Source: Candidatus Eiseniibacteriota bacterium (GTDB lineage: Bacteria; Eisenbacteria; RBG-16-71-46; JABDJR01). From it: DNA of 64,000 nt. Where the stretch lies: assembly GCA_963768615.1 (NCBI GenBank), contig CAVYIE010000005.1, forward strand, positions 343,821 to 407,820. Direction: 5' to 3'. Below, piece after piece: positions 48,957 through 58,150 of the stretch. Position 1 is the first letter of the stretch. Every line of letters starts with the position of its first letter. The position numbers and the translations under genes were made by a program. Below the pieces are notes generated by a model that saw only the letters and a list, made by a program, of their open reading frames with translations, did not search any database and had not been told where the DNA came from.

Positions 48957-50957
48957 ATGTCCCTTCGGGATCGCTACGACGTCATCGTGATCGGGGCCGG
49001 GCACGCCGGATGCGAGGCCGCCTCGGCTTCCGCGCGCCTGGGCATGAGCACGCTGCTGCTCACCCTGAACCTGGATCACGTGGCCCAGATGTCCTGCAAC
49101 CCGGCCATCGGCGGGGTGGGCAAGGGCCAGATGGTGCGCGAGATCGACGCCCTGGGCGGACTCATGGGCCGGGCCATCGACGCGACCGGGATCCAGTTCC
49201 GGATGCTGAACCGCAGCAAGGGGCCCGCCGTGCATTCCCCGCGGGCCCAGGCCGACAAGGCGCGCTATCAAAACACGGTGCGGCGGATGGTGGAGTCGAC
49301 CCCGGGCCTGGACCTCCGCCAGGGACAGGTCACCGGGATCCTGATGGAGGGGAACCGGATCGCGGGGGTGGAACTGCAGAGCGGACTGCGGTACGCGTGC
49401 CGGGCCCTCATCATCACCCCGGGGACGTTCCTGAACGGGCTCATCCATCTCGGCGACGCCCACTACCCCGGCGGGCGGAGCGGCGAGATCTCCGCCCCCC
49501 GTCTGGCCGATTCGCTGCGCGCGCAGGGGTTCCGTCTGGGGCGGATGAAGACCGGGACGCCGCCCCGGGTGCACCGGCGGAGCATCGACTTCGGCCGGCT
49601 GGAGATCCAGTACGGCGACGATCCTCCCCAACCCTTCTCCCACTTCACCGGGACGCTGGACGTGGAGCAGGTCACCTGCTGGATCACCCGGACCACCGAG
49701 GCCACCCATGCCGTGATCCGGGAGAACATGCACCGGTCGCCGCTCTACTCGGGGCGGATCCGGGGGGTGGGGCCCCGGTACTGCCCGTCCATCGAGGACA
49801 AGGTGGTGAAGTTCCCCGACCGGAACGCGCACCACATCTGGATCGAACCCGAGGGCCGGGACACCGACGAGATGTACGTGAACGGACTCTCCACCAGCCT
49901 CCCCGAGGAGGTGCAGATGGAGATCCTGGCCACCGTCCCCGGCATGGAAGAGGCGGAGATGCTCCGCCCGGGCTATGCGGTGGAGTACGACTTCGTGTAT
50001 CCCGACCAGCTTCATCCCAGCCTGGAAACCAAGCGGGTGGCCGGGCTGTTCCTGGCCGGACAGATCAACGGCACCACCGGCTACGAGGAGGCGGCGGGGC
50101 AGGGATTGCTGGCCGGGATCAACGCAGCCCTGGGCCTGCGGGGGGAACCGCCGCTGATCCTGAAGCGGTGGGAGGCCTACGTGGGGGTGATGGTGGACGA
50201 CCTGGTGACGCTGGGCACCGAGGAGCCGTACCGCATGTTCACCTCCCAGTCCGAGTACCGGCTTCTGCTCCGGAACGACAACGCGGACGAGCGGCTCATG
50301 GGGCGCGGTGCGGAACTGGGGCTGGTCCCCCCCGGGGACGCCGCCCGCTGGCGGGAGAACCGGGCGCGGATCGCCGCGGAGCGACGGCGCCTGCAATCGG
50401 AGCGGGTGTCGGTGCGCCGGATCGGCGAGGCGCTGCCCGGGCTGGAGGTGCCGGAGTTCGGCGGCGCCACCCTGGAGGAGCTGCTCCGCAGGCCCTCGGT
50501 GAGCTATGCGGACCTGGCCCCCTTCGGGGAGGCGGAGCCGCTGCCCGGGGAGCTGGCCCGGCGGCTGGAGATCGAGGTGAAGTACGAGGGCTACATCCGC
50601 CGGGAGCTGGAGGCGCTGGAACGCCAGCGGGCGATGGAGGACCGACGCCTGCCGGCGGAGTTCTGGTCCTGGAATTTGCGCGGTATTTCCCATGAAGGGC
50701 GGGAAGCATTGCTTCGGGTGCGTCCGGAAAATGTGGGTCAGGCGTCGCGGGTGCGCGGGGTGTCCCCCGCCGACGTGGGAGTGATCCTCGTCCGGTTGGA
50801 GGAGATGCGGCGTTCGGGGAGCGGCAACGGAAACGGACGGGGGCCGGGGTCGGAGGGAGATGGCGCGGCGGCGGCGGGAAGCGAGGCCGGGGATGGTGCC
50901 GGCGGGTCCGCGGAGTTGGTTGACGGTCGCGCCGGTCGCGCGAGCGAGGAGGGTTGA
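48957..50957 (+). CDS. mnmG: tRNA uridine 5-carboxymethylaminomethyl modification enzyme MnmG (GidA), with a roughly 40-aa Gly/Ser/Ala-rich C-terminal tail
   Basis: FAD motif [39 protein letters not shown]. 666 aa; I recall E. coli MnmG as about 629 aa. The tail is [46 protein letters not shown]. Confidence 0.95.
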   Translation: MSLRDRYDVIVIGAGHAGCEAASASARLGMSTLLLTLNLDHVAQMSCNPAIGGVGKGQMVREIDALGGLMGRAIDATGIQFRMLNRSKGPAVHSPRAQADKARYQNTVRRMVESTPGLDLRQGQVTGILMEGNRIAGVELQSGLRYACRALIITPGTFLNGLIHLGDAHYPGGRSGEISAPRLADSLRAQGFRLGRMKTGTPPRVHRRSIDFGRLEIQYGDDPPQPFSHFTGTLDVEQVTCWITRTTEATHAVIRENMHRSPLYSGRIRGVGPRYCPSIEDKVVKFPDRNAHHIWIEPEGRDTDEMYVNGLSTSLPEEVQMEILATVPGMEEAEMLRPGYAVEYDFVYPDQLHPSLETKRVAGLFLAGQINGTTGYEEAAGQGLLAGINAALGLRGEPPLILKRWEAYVGVMVDDLVTLGTEEPYRMFTSQSEYRLLLRNDNADERLMGRGAELGLVPPGDAARWRENRARIAAERRRLQSERVSVRRIGEALPGLEVPEFGGATLEELLRRPSVSYADLAPFGEAEPLPGELARRLEIEVKYEGYIRRELEALERQRAMEDRRLPAEFWSWNLRGISHEGREALLRVRPENVGQASRVRGVSPADVGVILVRLEEMRRSGSGNGNGRGPGSEGDGAAAAGSEAGDGAGGSAELVDGRAGRASEEG

Positions 50958-50958
50958 G

Positions 50959-51612
50959 GTGGCCAGAAGCGGAGCGGGAAAGGCAAAAGATAGAAAAGAA
51001 TTTAATTCATGGTTGGGCTTAAAGTTTTCGGAAATATCAGAGGTGGCGCGGGGGCGGCTGCTGGCCTACGGGGACCTGGTGATCGAACGGACGGAAAGCC
51101 TGGGGTTGATCGCCCGCGGAGACGTGCCCCGGTTCTTCATGAGGCACCTCAGGGAAGCTGCGGCGCCGTCTTTGATCGGATATCCTGCTGTGGGGCATAA
51201 GGTTATAGATATTGGAAGCGGGGGTGGGTTGCCGGGAATTCCCCTCTCCATTCTGCGGGAGGATCTCGAAGTCTCGCTCGTCGAGCCGAGGAACCGGAAA
51301 GCGGCTTTCCTGGAGCGGACCGTGCTCCAGCTTGGACTGGGTGCGGCCCACGTGTACATGGCCTCCATCGACGCCCTGGTCCGGTCTCATCCCGACCTGC
51401 GGTTCGACCTGGCCGTTTCCCGGGCGGTCGGCTGGACACCGGCCATGGTGAGCTGCCTGGAAGTGCTGGTCGAGTCGGGGCCCCTGATCCGTTATGGGGA
51501 CCCCGGGTTCAGGCACGAGGGAGTGAAGGTGATCGAGATCGAGAGCGAGACTCCCCGTGCGCTCCAGATATGGCATCGGACGACCTGGAGTGGATTGCCG
51601 GGGGCGCGCTGA
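50959..51612 (+). CDS. rsmG: 16S rRNA (guanine527-N7)-methyltransferase RsmG (GidB)
   Basis: SAM motif VIDIGSGGGLPGIPLSI. About 68 residues lie N-terminal to the motif, as I recall for E. coli RsmG. Start is uncertain: GTG 50959 has a GGAGGG RBS; TTG 51013 is the alternative. The 5' coding end (50985-51045) is unusually AT-rich. Confidence 0.82.
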   Translation: MARSGAGKAKDRKEFNSWLGLKFSEISEVARGRLLAYGDLVIERTESLGLIARGDVPRFFMRHLREAAAPSLIGYPAVGHKVIDIGSGGGLPGIPLSILREDLEVSLVEPRNRKAAFLERTVLQLGLGAAHVYMASIDALVRSHPDLRFDLAVSRAVGWTPAMVSCLEVLVESGPLIRYGDPGFRHEGVKVIEIESETPRALQIWHRTTWSGLPGAR

Positions 51613-51623
51613 GGGTTCGACGA

Positions 51624-51639
51624 CGTTTCACGTGAAACA
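51624..51639. promoter_or_regulatory. parS centromere site (cGTTTCACGTGAAACa, 15/16 to consensus tGTTTCACGTGAAACa)
   Basis: Palindrome read from the sequence 12 bp after the rsmG stop. Confidence 0.8.
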
Positions 51640-51764
51640 TGGGCGCCGATCAGCCGGAAATCATTGTACAAGCAAATCGACTTGTAACCCCCTAGTTGTT
51701 TGTGACGGCTCGGTTCCCTTCTGCGCTGCCGGTGCCCCAGCGCCGCCGCTGACCCACGTTCTTG

Positions 51765-52185
51765 GGGCCGGGCTGCCCCGCGCGGCCGGTCCGCCCCGCA
51801 ATTCCTCGGCAGCGCTCGCCGGAACGATCCCCCGGATCGTTCTACCGGCTCGCTCTGGCCGGCGCGGGTCCCCCTCGCGGGGCCGGTCCGCCCCGCGATT
51901 CCTCGGCAGCGCTCGCCGGAACGATCCCCCGGATCGTTCTACCGGCTCGCTCTGGCCGGCGCGGGTCCCCCTCGCGGGGCCGGTCCGCCCCGCGGTTCCT
52001 CGGCAGCGCTCGCCGGAACGATCCCCCGGATCGTTCTTTCGGCTCGCTCTGGCCGGCGCGGGTCCCCCTCGCGGGGCCGGTCCGCCCCGCGGTTCCTCGG
52101 CAGCGCTCGCCGGAACGATCCCCCGGATCGTTCTTTCGGCTCGCTCTGGCCGGCGCGGGTCCCCCTCGCGCCTTCGGCGCTTCGG
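51765..52185. repeat. Tandem direct repeat array 1: about 4.3 copies of a 97-bp unit (GGGGCCGGTCCGCCCCGCGRTTCCTCGGCAGCGCTCGCCGGAACGATCCCCCGGATCGTTCTWYCGGCTCGCTCTGGCCGGCGCGGGTCCCCCTCGC) with an internal palindrome GAACGATCCcccGGATCGTTC; non-coding
   Basis: Copies of TTCCTCGG... begin at 51801, 51898, 51995 and 52092 (period 97), with only 2-3 variable positions between copies. There are no unique spacers, so this is not CRISPR. Confidence 0.85.
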
Positions 52186-52296
52186 CCCGCCGCCGTCCAG
52201 GTTGCCTCGTCATTCGCGGGGCGGCTGCGGCCTTGCAAGAGAACGCCCTAAGGCGATGCCCGCGTGCACCCTGCATTGTTTGGGCCTCGTTCATCG

Positions 52297-52590
52297 CGGG
52301 GTGGCTGGGGACGGCGGAGGTGTACCCGGGTAAACAAGACGTTCGCAGGACGGCCGGGGCCGGCTGAGGGGTACCCGGGTAAACTCGGCATCGCGGGGCG
52401 GCTGGGGACGGCGGGGGTGTACCCGGGTAAACAAGACGTTCGCAGGACGGCCGGGGCCGGCTGAGGGGTACCCGGGTAAATTCGGCATCGTGGGGCGGCT
52501 GGGGCCAGCGGGGGTGTACCCGGGTAAACCCGGCGTTCGCAGGACGGCCGGGGCCGGCGGGGGTGCACCCGGGTAAACCCGGGGTTGTCG
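52297..52590. repeat. Tandem direct repeat array 2: about 3 copies of a different 97-bp unit, each made of two roughly 48-bp half-units carrying a G(T)GTACCCGGGTAAAC palindromic core
   Basis: TGTACCCGGGTAAACAAGACG at 52321 and 52418 (period 97). The third copy is diverged (...GGGTGCACCCGGGTAAACC). Confidence 0.8.
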
Positions 52591-52886
52591 AGCTTGCGAC
52601 CCGGGGAAGACCGGGGCCGGGGAAGAAGACAGAGCGGTGGGAGGCACAAGCGGAATTGCTTGTATCCTCCTGGGCGCCGGGGGCAGGCGACTGCCGGCAG
52701 CGCCTGGCCTTCGTCATGGCCTCGTACGGGGACCGACCCCTTCCCCCCGAGGGTGGAGACCGGAGCCCATCGCAGTCTGCCAGGACCACCGCCGCACCAT
52801 CTCGCCTCGGTGCCCGGGCCATGGGCCCGGCGAACCCTGCCTCCGTGCCTTCGCTGAACTGCGAGAAGAACCGGTGTGCGCCCCCC

Positions 52887-52902
52887 TGTTTCACGTGAAA
52901 CC
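52887..52902. promoter_or_regulatory. parS centromere site (tGTTTCACGTGAAACc, 15/16)
   Basis: Palindrome read from the sequence, 320 bp upstream of parA. Confidence 0.8.
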
Positions 52903-53225
52903 TCTGGGCGTATCGCTCGGTACTGCGAAAGGCAAGCAAGTAGCCGATGTGGCTCCGGGTAGAAGGCTTTTCGTTGACATGGGCCCCCCCAAGGGAGCAC
53001 CATGAACCAAGTTCGGCGCCCCGATCGCGTGGTGTGCCGGACAGGTCTTGTCAAGACAAGCGCTTATGGAGGGCGACCTTGTTCTTGGCCGTGGCGCCGA
53101 ACTGGACGGCGCTCCCGCCATGCCCGCCCCTCCCTCGCTTGAATTCCCCGGTCCATTCTCACGCCGGAACTGTCTTGTGCCCGCCCGTCCCCCGGCGGAT
53201 CGCCGGCGTGGAGGAATCGGAACGC

Positions 53226-54047
53226 ATGACCCCGCCGGAAAGGAAGCAGACCGTGAGTCGCATGATCGCCATCGCCAACCAGAAGGGGGGCGTGGGGAAG
53301 ACCACCACGACGGTAAACCTGGCCGCGTCCCTGGCCGACCTCGGCCGGAAGGTCCTGGTCCTGGACATGGACCCTCAAGGGAATGCGGGCAGTGGGTTTG
53401 GAATCAACGGAAACGACACCGCCAGAGGCGCTTATGAGGTCTTGACCGGGGAGTGCTCCGTGGCCGAGGCGATCGTCCCCACCGGGGTGAGCGGGGTGGA
53501 TCTGCTGCCCTCGGGGCAGCGGTTGATCGGCGCCGAGGTGGAGCTGGTGGGCGAATCGGAGCGTGAGCTGATCCTGCGCCGAGCGCTGGCCGAACGGCGC
53601 GAGGCCTACGATTACCTCCTCGCCGATTGCCCCCCCTCCCTGGGCCTCCTGACCGTCAACACCCTGACTGCCGCCGACGCGGTCCTTATCCCGATCCAGA
53701 CGGAGTACTACGCGCTCGAGGGGTTGACCCAGCTCCTGAACGCCATCCGGCTGATCCAGCAGTCCTTGAATCCCCCGCTGGAGATCGAGGGGATTCTCCT
53801 CACCATGTACGATTCGCGGCTCAACCTCTCCCAGGAAGTCGCGGCGGAGGCCCGAAAGTACTTCGCGGGACGGGTCTACGAGAGCGTGATCCCGCGCAAC
53901 GTCCGGCTCAGTGAGGCGCCATCCTACGGCATGCCCGTGCTCCAGTACGACAAGGCCTGCGTCGGGTCGCAGAGTTATGTCGGCTTGGCACAAGAGCTTA
54001 TAGCACACGAATCCAACCCGGAAGAGGAGGTGGTGTCTCATGAATAG
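53226..54047 (+). CDS. parA: Chromosome partitioning ATPase ParA (Soj)
   Basis: Deviant Walker A IAIANQKGGVGKTTTTVNLAASLA, then DMDPQGN. Alternative start ATG 53262. 8-nt overlap with parB. Confidence 0.9.
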   Translation: MTPPERKQTVSRMIAIANQKGGVGKTTTTVNLAASLADLGRKVLVLDMDPQGNAGSGFGINGNDTARGAYEVLTGECSVAEAIVPTGVSGVDLLPSGQRLIGAEVELVGESERELILRRALAERREAYDYLLADCPPSLGLLTVNTLTAADAVLIPIQTEYYALEGLTQLLNAIRLIQQSLNPPLEIEGILLTMYDSRLNLSQEVAAEARKYFAGRVYESVIPRNVRLSEAPSYGMPVLQYDKACVGSQSYVGLAQELIAHESNPEEEVVSHE

Positions 54048-54942
54048 AAAGGCCCTGGGCCGAGGACTGGAGGCCCTGATCCCCAGTGCGCCGGAACGCC
54101 GATCGGAGCCGCCGGCCGCCAAGGAGCAGGCTGCCGAGGCGGGCCATGATTCGCCCGGACCCCGCACCGTGTCCTTGGACCGGATTCGCCCCAATCCCTA
54201 TCAGCCCCGGACCCACTTCGACCCGGAAGCGATCGAAGAACTGGCCGAGTCCATCCGCGTCAATGGGCTCATCCAGCCGCTCGTGGTTCGGGATGCCGGA
54301 GAGGGTCGCTTCGAGCTCATCGCCGGGGAGCGGCGCTTCATGGCCTGCCGCCAAGCCGGGCTGACCGACGTGCCGGTGGTGATCCGGTCCGCGAGCCGCA
54401 AGGAGATGCTGGAAGTGGCGCTGGTCGAGAACCTCCAGCGCGAAGACCTGAGTCCGATCGAGGAGGCGGAAGCATTTCAGCGCCTGGCCACGGAATTCGG
54501 CCTCACCCAGGAAGAGGTGGCCGGGCGGGTCGGCCGCAGCCGCACCGCGGTCACCAATTCCCTGCGACTCCTCGGTCTTGAGGAAGAGCTCAAGGAATTG
54601 GTTTCACGTGGAACACTCTCCGCAGGCCATGCACGTGCTCTCCTCGCACTGCCCGAGGGAACTCCCCGTCGCAAGCTCGCGCGCGAGATCGTCCAGAAGG
54701 GCCTTTCCGTGCGGCAGGCCGAACTCAAGGTGCAGGGCGAGAAGCCTCGGGCCAACCGGCCGGCGGCGCGCAAGCGTTCTCATCCTGCCCTGGATGCCTG
54801 GGAAGACCGGCTGCGCACGCGCTTCGGCACGCAGGTCCGCATCGTCGGTGGCACGGGACGGGGGAAACTCGAGATCCACTACTTCAGTGAAGAGGATCTG
54901 GAACGGATCCTCGAGCTGACCGGCGTGAACAGCTATCTCTGA
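54040..54942 (+). CDS. parB: Chromosome partitioning protein ParB (Spo0J)
   Basis: ParB box GERRFMACRQAGL, HTH (EEVAGRVGRSRTAVTNSLRLL), N-terminal MNRKALGRGLEALI. Confidence 0.95.
   Translation: MNRKALGRGLEALIPSAPERRSEPPAAKEQAAEAGHDSPGPRTVSLDRIRPNPYQPRTHFDPEAIEELAESIRVNGLIQPLVVRDAGEGRFELIAGERRFMACRQAGLTDVPVVIRSASRKEMLEVALVENLQREDLSPIEEAEAFQRLATEFGLTQEEVAGRVGRSRTAVTNSLRLLGLEEELKELVSRGTLSAGHARALLALPEGTPRRKLAREIVQKGLSVRQAELKVQGEKPRANRPAARKRSHPALDAWEDRLRTRFGTQVRIVGGTGRGKLEIHYFSEEDLERILELTGVNSYL
54600..54615. promoter_or_regulatory. Degenerate parS site inside parB (gGTTTCACGTGgAACa, 14/16)
   Basis: Read from the sequence. Confidence 0.55.
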
Positions 54943-54953
54943 GATCGACGATC

Positions 54954-55727
54954 ATGAATCCTGCCGAGCCCGGAGGGGCCGGATCGCGGCACATCACGGT
55001 GGTGATCAACCTGCCCCGCCGCCCGCGTCCCGTGGTGCTTTCGATGGCCGCGGGCTGGGCCTGGGTCGGGGGCCTTCTCCTCGTCGCTCTTCTGGGAGCG
55101 GGGGTGGTGGCCGTGGTGACCTATGTTTCCGCCATGAACCGTCTCAAGGACTACCGTTCCCTATCGGTGGAGGTGGAGACCTTGCGACGACAGAACGCCG
55201 CGGTGAAAGAACTGGAAGGGGAGCTCACCCAGCTCCGGGAACTCCAGCAGCAGATGCTGCACCTGGCCGGTATCCCCGCGGCTCTCGAAGCGGCGGATTC
55301 CCTGGGCACCCGGTTGCCCGGGAGTGAGGCGCTGGCCCGGGGGACCGCCGGCGACGTCCTGGTCTTCTGGCCCCTCGACGGCAAGATCATCCGGGGCTTC
55401 GGCGCCGGACATCCGGGGGTAGACATCGGCGCTCCCAGCAAGCGCACCATCGTCTCCGCGGGCGACGGCGAGGTGATCTTCTCCGGCAGGGATCCGAAGC
55501 TCGGCAATCGCATCGTGATCCAGCATTCGGATTCGTTGCGTACGGTCTACGCAAACAACGAGCTGAACCTGGTGGAGAAGGGGAACAGCGTCGGGGCGGG
55601 ACAGGTGATCGCCCTGGTCGGAGCTGGACCCGAAGGGAAGGTGCCGCATCTCCATTTCGAGGTCTGGCAGGGGGATGTGGCGGTCCCTCCCCGGGAGGCG
55701 ATCCCGGAGCTCTTTCCCAACGACTGA
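54954..55727 (+). CDS. M23 family metallopeptidase (LytM domain) with N-terminal TM helix and coiled coil
   Basis: GFGAGHPGVDIGAPSKRTIVSAGDGEVIFSG...GNRIVIQHSDSLRTVYANNELNLVEKGNSVGAGQVIALVGAGPEGKVPHLHFEV (HxxxD...HxH-type M23 motifs). Confidence 0.85.
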   Translation: MNPAEPGGAGSRHITVVINLPRRPRPVVLSMAAGWAWVGGLLLVALLGAGVVAVVTYVSAMNRLKDYRSLSVEVETLRRQNAAVKELEGELTQLRELQQQMLHLAGIPAALEAADSLGTRLPGSEALARGTAGDVLVFWPLDGKIIRGFGAGHPGVDIGAPSKRTIVSAGDGEVIFSGRDPKLGNRIVIQHSDSLRTVYANNELNLVEKGNSVGAGQVIALVGAGPEGKVPHLHFEVWQGDVAVPPREAIPELFPND

Positions 55728-55832
55728 GGGGGAGTCGACGGCCGGGACGAGACGGGGTGGGAGGTGCTTTTCAGGGCACCAACCGCCATGGCCCCCGCGG
55801 GGGCCGGGTTCGTGGGGGATCAGGAGGAGACC

Positions 55833-56288
55833 ATGTTCGGAAACAAGGACAGAGCGGAGACTCCGGCCGTTCCAGCCGGAGGGGGAACACGGGAAAAGCG
55901 CGTGAACAGTGTTCTCGGGGAAGGGGCCACCTTCACCGGCACTCTTCGGGTGGGCGGGACCCTGGTGCTCAACGGGGAGTTCGAAGGGACCCTCACGGTG
56001 GGGGACTCCCTGGTCGTGGGCAAGTCCGGACACATGAAGGCGGATGCCGACGTGCAGACCGCCACCATCGCCGGCCGGGTGGAGGGCCGGATCTTCGCCA
56101 AGGATCGGGTGGAACTGCAGACCGGAGCGCACTTTCGCGGCGATGTGCACGCCAAGTCGTTCGTGATCCAGGACGGCGTCTTCTTCCAGGGCAACTGCTC
56201 CATGGGGGAAGCCCAGCGGGAAAGCCAGGATCCGAAGGATGCCGCCGGCGGATCCAAGCCCGACCTGGGGATCCTCAAACAAACCTGA
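55833..56288 (+). CDS. Bactofilin (DUF583 beta-helical cytoskeletal protein)
   Basis: Start ATG 55833 with AGGAGGA RBS. Repetitive beta-helix windings (GATFTGTLRVGGTLVLNGEFEGTLTVGDSLVVGKSGHMKADADVQTATIAGRVEGRIFAKDRVELQTGAHFRGDVHAKSFVIQDGVFFQGN). Confidence 0.85.
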   Translation: MFGNKDRAETPAVPAGGGTREKRVNSVLGEGATFTGTLRVGGTLVLNGEFEGTLTVGDSLVVGKSGHMKADADVQTATIAGRVEGRIFAKDRVELQTGAHFRGDVHAKSFVIQDGVFFQGNCSMGEAQRESQDPKDAAGGSKPDLGILKQT

Positions 56289-56305
56289 CCGGGCACCGGG
56301 CCGGG

Positions 56306-56334
56306 CTGTGGACAACTGGCCCCGCCTGTGGAAA
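56306..56334 (+). promoter_or_regulatory. Two direct DnaA-box-like 9-mers (TGTGGACAA and TGTGGAAAA, 10-bp spacer) downstream of the bactofilin gene and upstream of a small membrane-protein gene
   Basis: Read from the sequence. Same TGTGGAAA motif as in oriC. Confidence 0.4.
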
Positions 56335-56452
56335 ACTCATAAGGCGCTCATCCAGAACGGGTTACAACTGCATGGTAAGCGCCTGAAGAGTGTCTTATTC
56401 ACATGACAGCGTCCGGCATCGGAGCGGGCGGGTCACCGGAGGGAAAGAGACA

Positions 56453-56689
56453 ATGACCTCAGCGGCCAAGGTGAAGGTCGGTCTGGCGCTCCTCGGGCTG
56501 GTGTTGGTGGTGATCGTCGCTCTCCAGAACAGCCGCCCGGTAACCATCGATGTGCTCTTCTGGAGCGCCACCGTCGATCAGCTCCTGCTCATCCCGATCC
56601 TCTTCGCCGCCGGAGTCGCGGTGGGACTGCTCCTGGCCTGGGGACTGGGCCGGCGCCGGCGGGGCGGCATGGACCACCCCCGAAGCTGA
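56453..56689 (+). CDS. Small membrane protein (78 aa), LapA/DUF1049-like
   Basis: Two TM helices separated by a short loop (VKVGLALLGLVLVVIVALQNSRPVTIDVLFWSATVDQLLLIPILFAAGVAVGLLLAWGLGRRRR). GGAGGGAAAGAG RBS. Confidence 0.6.
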   Translation: MTSAAKVKVGLALLGLVLVVIVALQNSRPVTIDVLFWSATVDQLLLIPILFAAGVAVGLLLAWGLGRRRRGGMDHPRS

Positions 56690-56764
56690 AACGGCCCGGC
56701 GACCCGGCCCGGCGACCCGGCCCGGCGCCTCGGCCCGGCCCGCCCCGCCGCGGTCACGCCGGGA

Positions 56765-58102
56765 TCAGGAAATCGGGTCGGGGGTGGGCAGGGTGGCCAG
56801 GGCATGGGGAACCACCAGGACCCGCGCCCGTTCCCCCAGCGCCTGGCGCAGACGCGCGACCGCGTCCTCCGCGTCCGGGGCGGTCTCCATGCCGCAGTCG
56901 GCGATCACCTCCGGGGCCTCGGAGCCGACCACCAGGGCGCGATAGCGGCTAAGCGCCCGGGCCACCATGAAGGCGCGCTGGCCCCCGGCCCCGAAGCCCT
57001 CCCGCCGCAACCGGTCCAGCACCTCGCCGGGGCTCCGTCCCGCGCGCATCCGGGCCAGGAATTCCTCTTCCCCGGGGCCGCGTCCCGCCCCCTCCTCGCA
57101 GCGGGCGGGCAGGATCACCCACCCGCCGTCGCGGACCACCGGGGCGGGGGCGAAGGCCAGGTAGGTGAGGGCGCGCGAGGCCTGGTACAGATTGGCGTCC
57201 TTCGGCGCGCCGACCCCGGCCAGAACGGCGTCGAAGGGCTCCGGCCCCACCGGCGCCCAGGTCAGCGGGGCCAACCGTCCGGTCAACTCCCTCAGCACCG
57301 CTGCCGGCTCGCCCGCCGCCGCCGCCACCAGCCGGCGCTCGGCGTCCAGGGCCACGTTGAGCACGAAGCCGAGCCGGGCCCGCCGGGCGATCGCCTCCAG
57401 GGCCAGGTGGACCGGGTTGTCCTCCAGCCGGCCCAGGCGGGTGCCGGGGTGCTCGAGGAAGGGGATCCCGTGGAGGACGCCGATGGTCGCCGCCCCCGCA
57501 CAGCCCAGGGCCACCGTCTTGCGCGCGCCGGAGAAGCCGGCGTACTGGTGGGGCTCGACCAGCCCGGTGGCCACCACCAGGTCGGCCTCGGCGATCCGGC
57601 GGTGGATGCGGACCGGCACCTCGGCGGGCAGGGTCATCCCGGCCTCGGATCCCCGGGCGGCCAGTGTCCCCAGGTCCACGTAGTCGCCCGCGACCGCGCC
57701 CTGGGCGTCCTCCACCCGCACCCGGTCGTGCAGCGCGCCGAGCTTGGTGCGCCGCTCCCCGGGGGTTGAGTGCCGGTGCATGCCCAGGGCCACCAGCACC
57801 GTGACCCGGTCCCGCGCCACCCCCGCCGCCTCCAGCTCCCGGAGGAGGAGGGGAATCAGGACGTGATCGGGACAGGGACGGGTGGCGTCGGTGATGGCCA
57901 CCGTCACCGCCATCCCGGGGCGGGCGAGCTCGCGTAACCGAGGCCCAGACACCGGCCGGGCCAGGGCGGCGGCGGCCGATTCTCCCAGCTCTCCGGCGGG
58001 CGGCGGAACCGGTGGGGCGACCCGGGCCACGGTCCACCCGGCGGGGAGGATCCAGGACATGGACCCGGCCCCGTAGGGGACCTCGACGAGATGATCGGGC
58101 AT
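56765..58102 (-). CDS. LarA-like protein (DUF2088 / nickel-dependent lactate racemase family)
   Basis: 446 aa from internal ATG 58102. Length and domain order resemble LarA homologues (assignment from overall resemblance). Confidence 0.65.
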   Translation of the reverse strand: MPDHLVEVPYGAGSMSWILPAGWTVARVAPPVPPPAGELGESAAAALARPVSGPRLRELARPGMAVTVAITDATRPCPDHVLIPLLLRELEAAGVARDRVTVLVALGMHRHSTPGERRTKLGALHDRVRVEDAQGAVAGDYVDLGTLAARGSEAGMTLPAEVPVRIHRRIAEADLVVATGLVEPHQYAGFSGARKTVALGCAGAATIGVLHGIPFLEHPGTRLGRLEDNPVHLALEAIARRARLGFVLNVALDAERRLVAAAAGEPAAVLRELTGRLAPLTWAPVGPEPFDAVLAGVGAPKDANLYQASRALTYLAFAPAPVVRDGGWVILPARCEEGAGRGPGEEEFLARMRAGRSPGEVLDRLRREGFGAGGQRAFMVARALSRYRALVVGSEAPEVIADCGMETAPDAEDAVARLRQALGERARVLVVPHALATLPTPDPIS

Positions 58103-58150
58103 GCCGGGAGCATAGCACCGCGCCCGGTGGCCTCCGGCAGGCGGCCTCCA

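Noticed and set aside
51765-52590. Possible CRISPR array (regularly spaced GC-rich repeats between rsmG and parA)
   Set aside because: The entire 97-bp period is conserved between copies, so there are no unique spacers. There is no leader, and no cas genes anywhere in the window. These are plain tandem repeats.
51842-53054. ORFs of 365 and 268 aa spanning the repeat arrays (possible repeat-containing protein)
   Set aside because: They are translations of the tandem DNA repeats on the minus strand (PRG/PAR-rich). The reading frame is kept only because 97 is not a multiple of 3 yet stops are rare. No start context, and the same DNA reads open in several frames.
56681-56765. Short tandem CGGCCCGGCGACC repeats after the small membrane-protein gene
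   Set aside because: Only about 2.5 copies in a very GC-rich spacer. Probably slippage noise or part of a weak terminator hairpin, and not separately interpretable.
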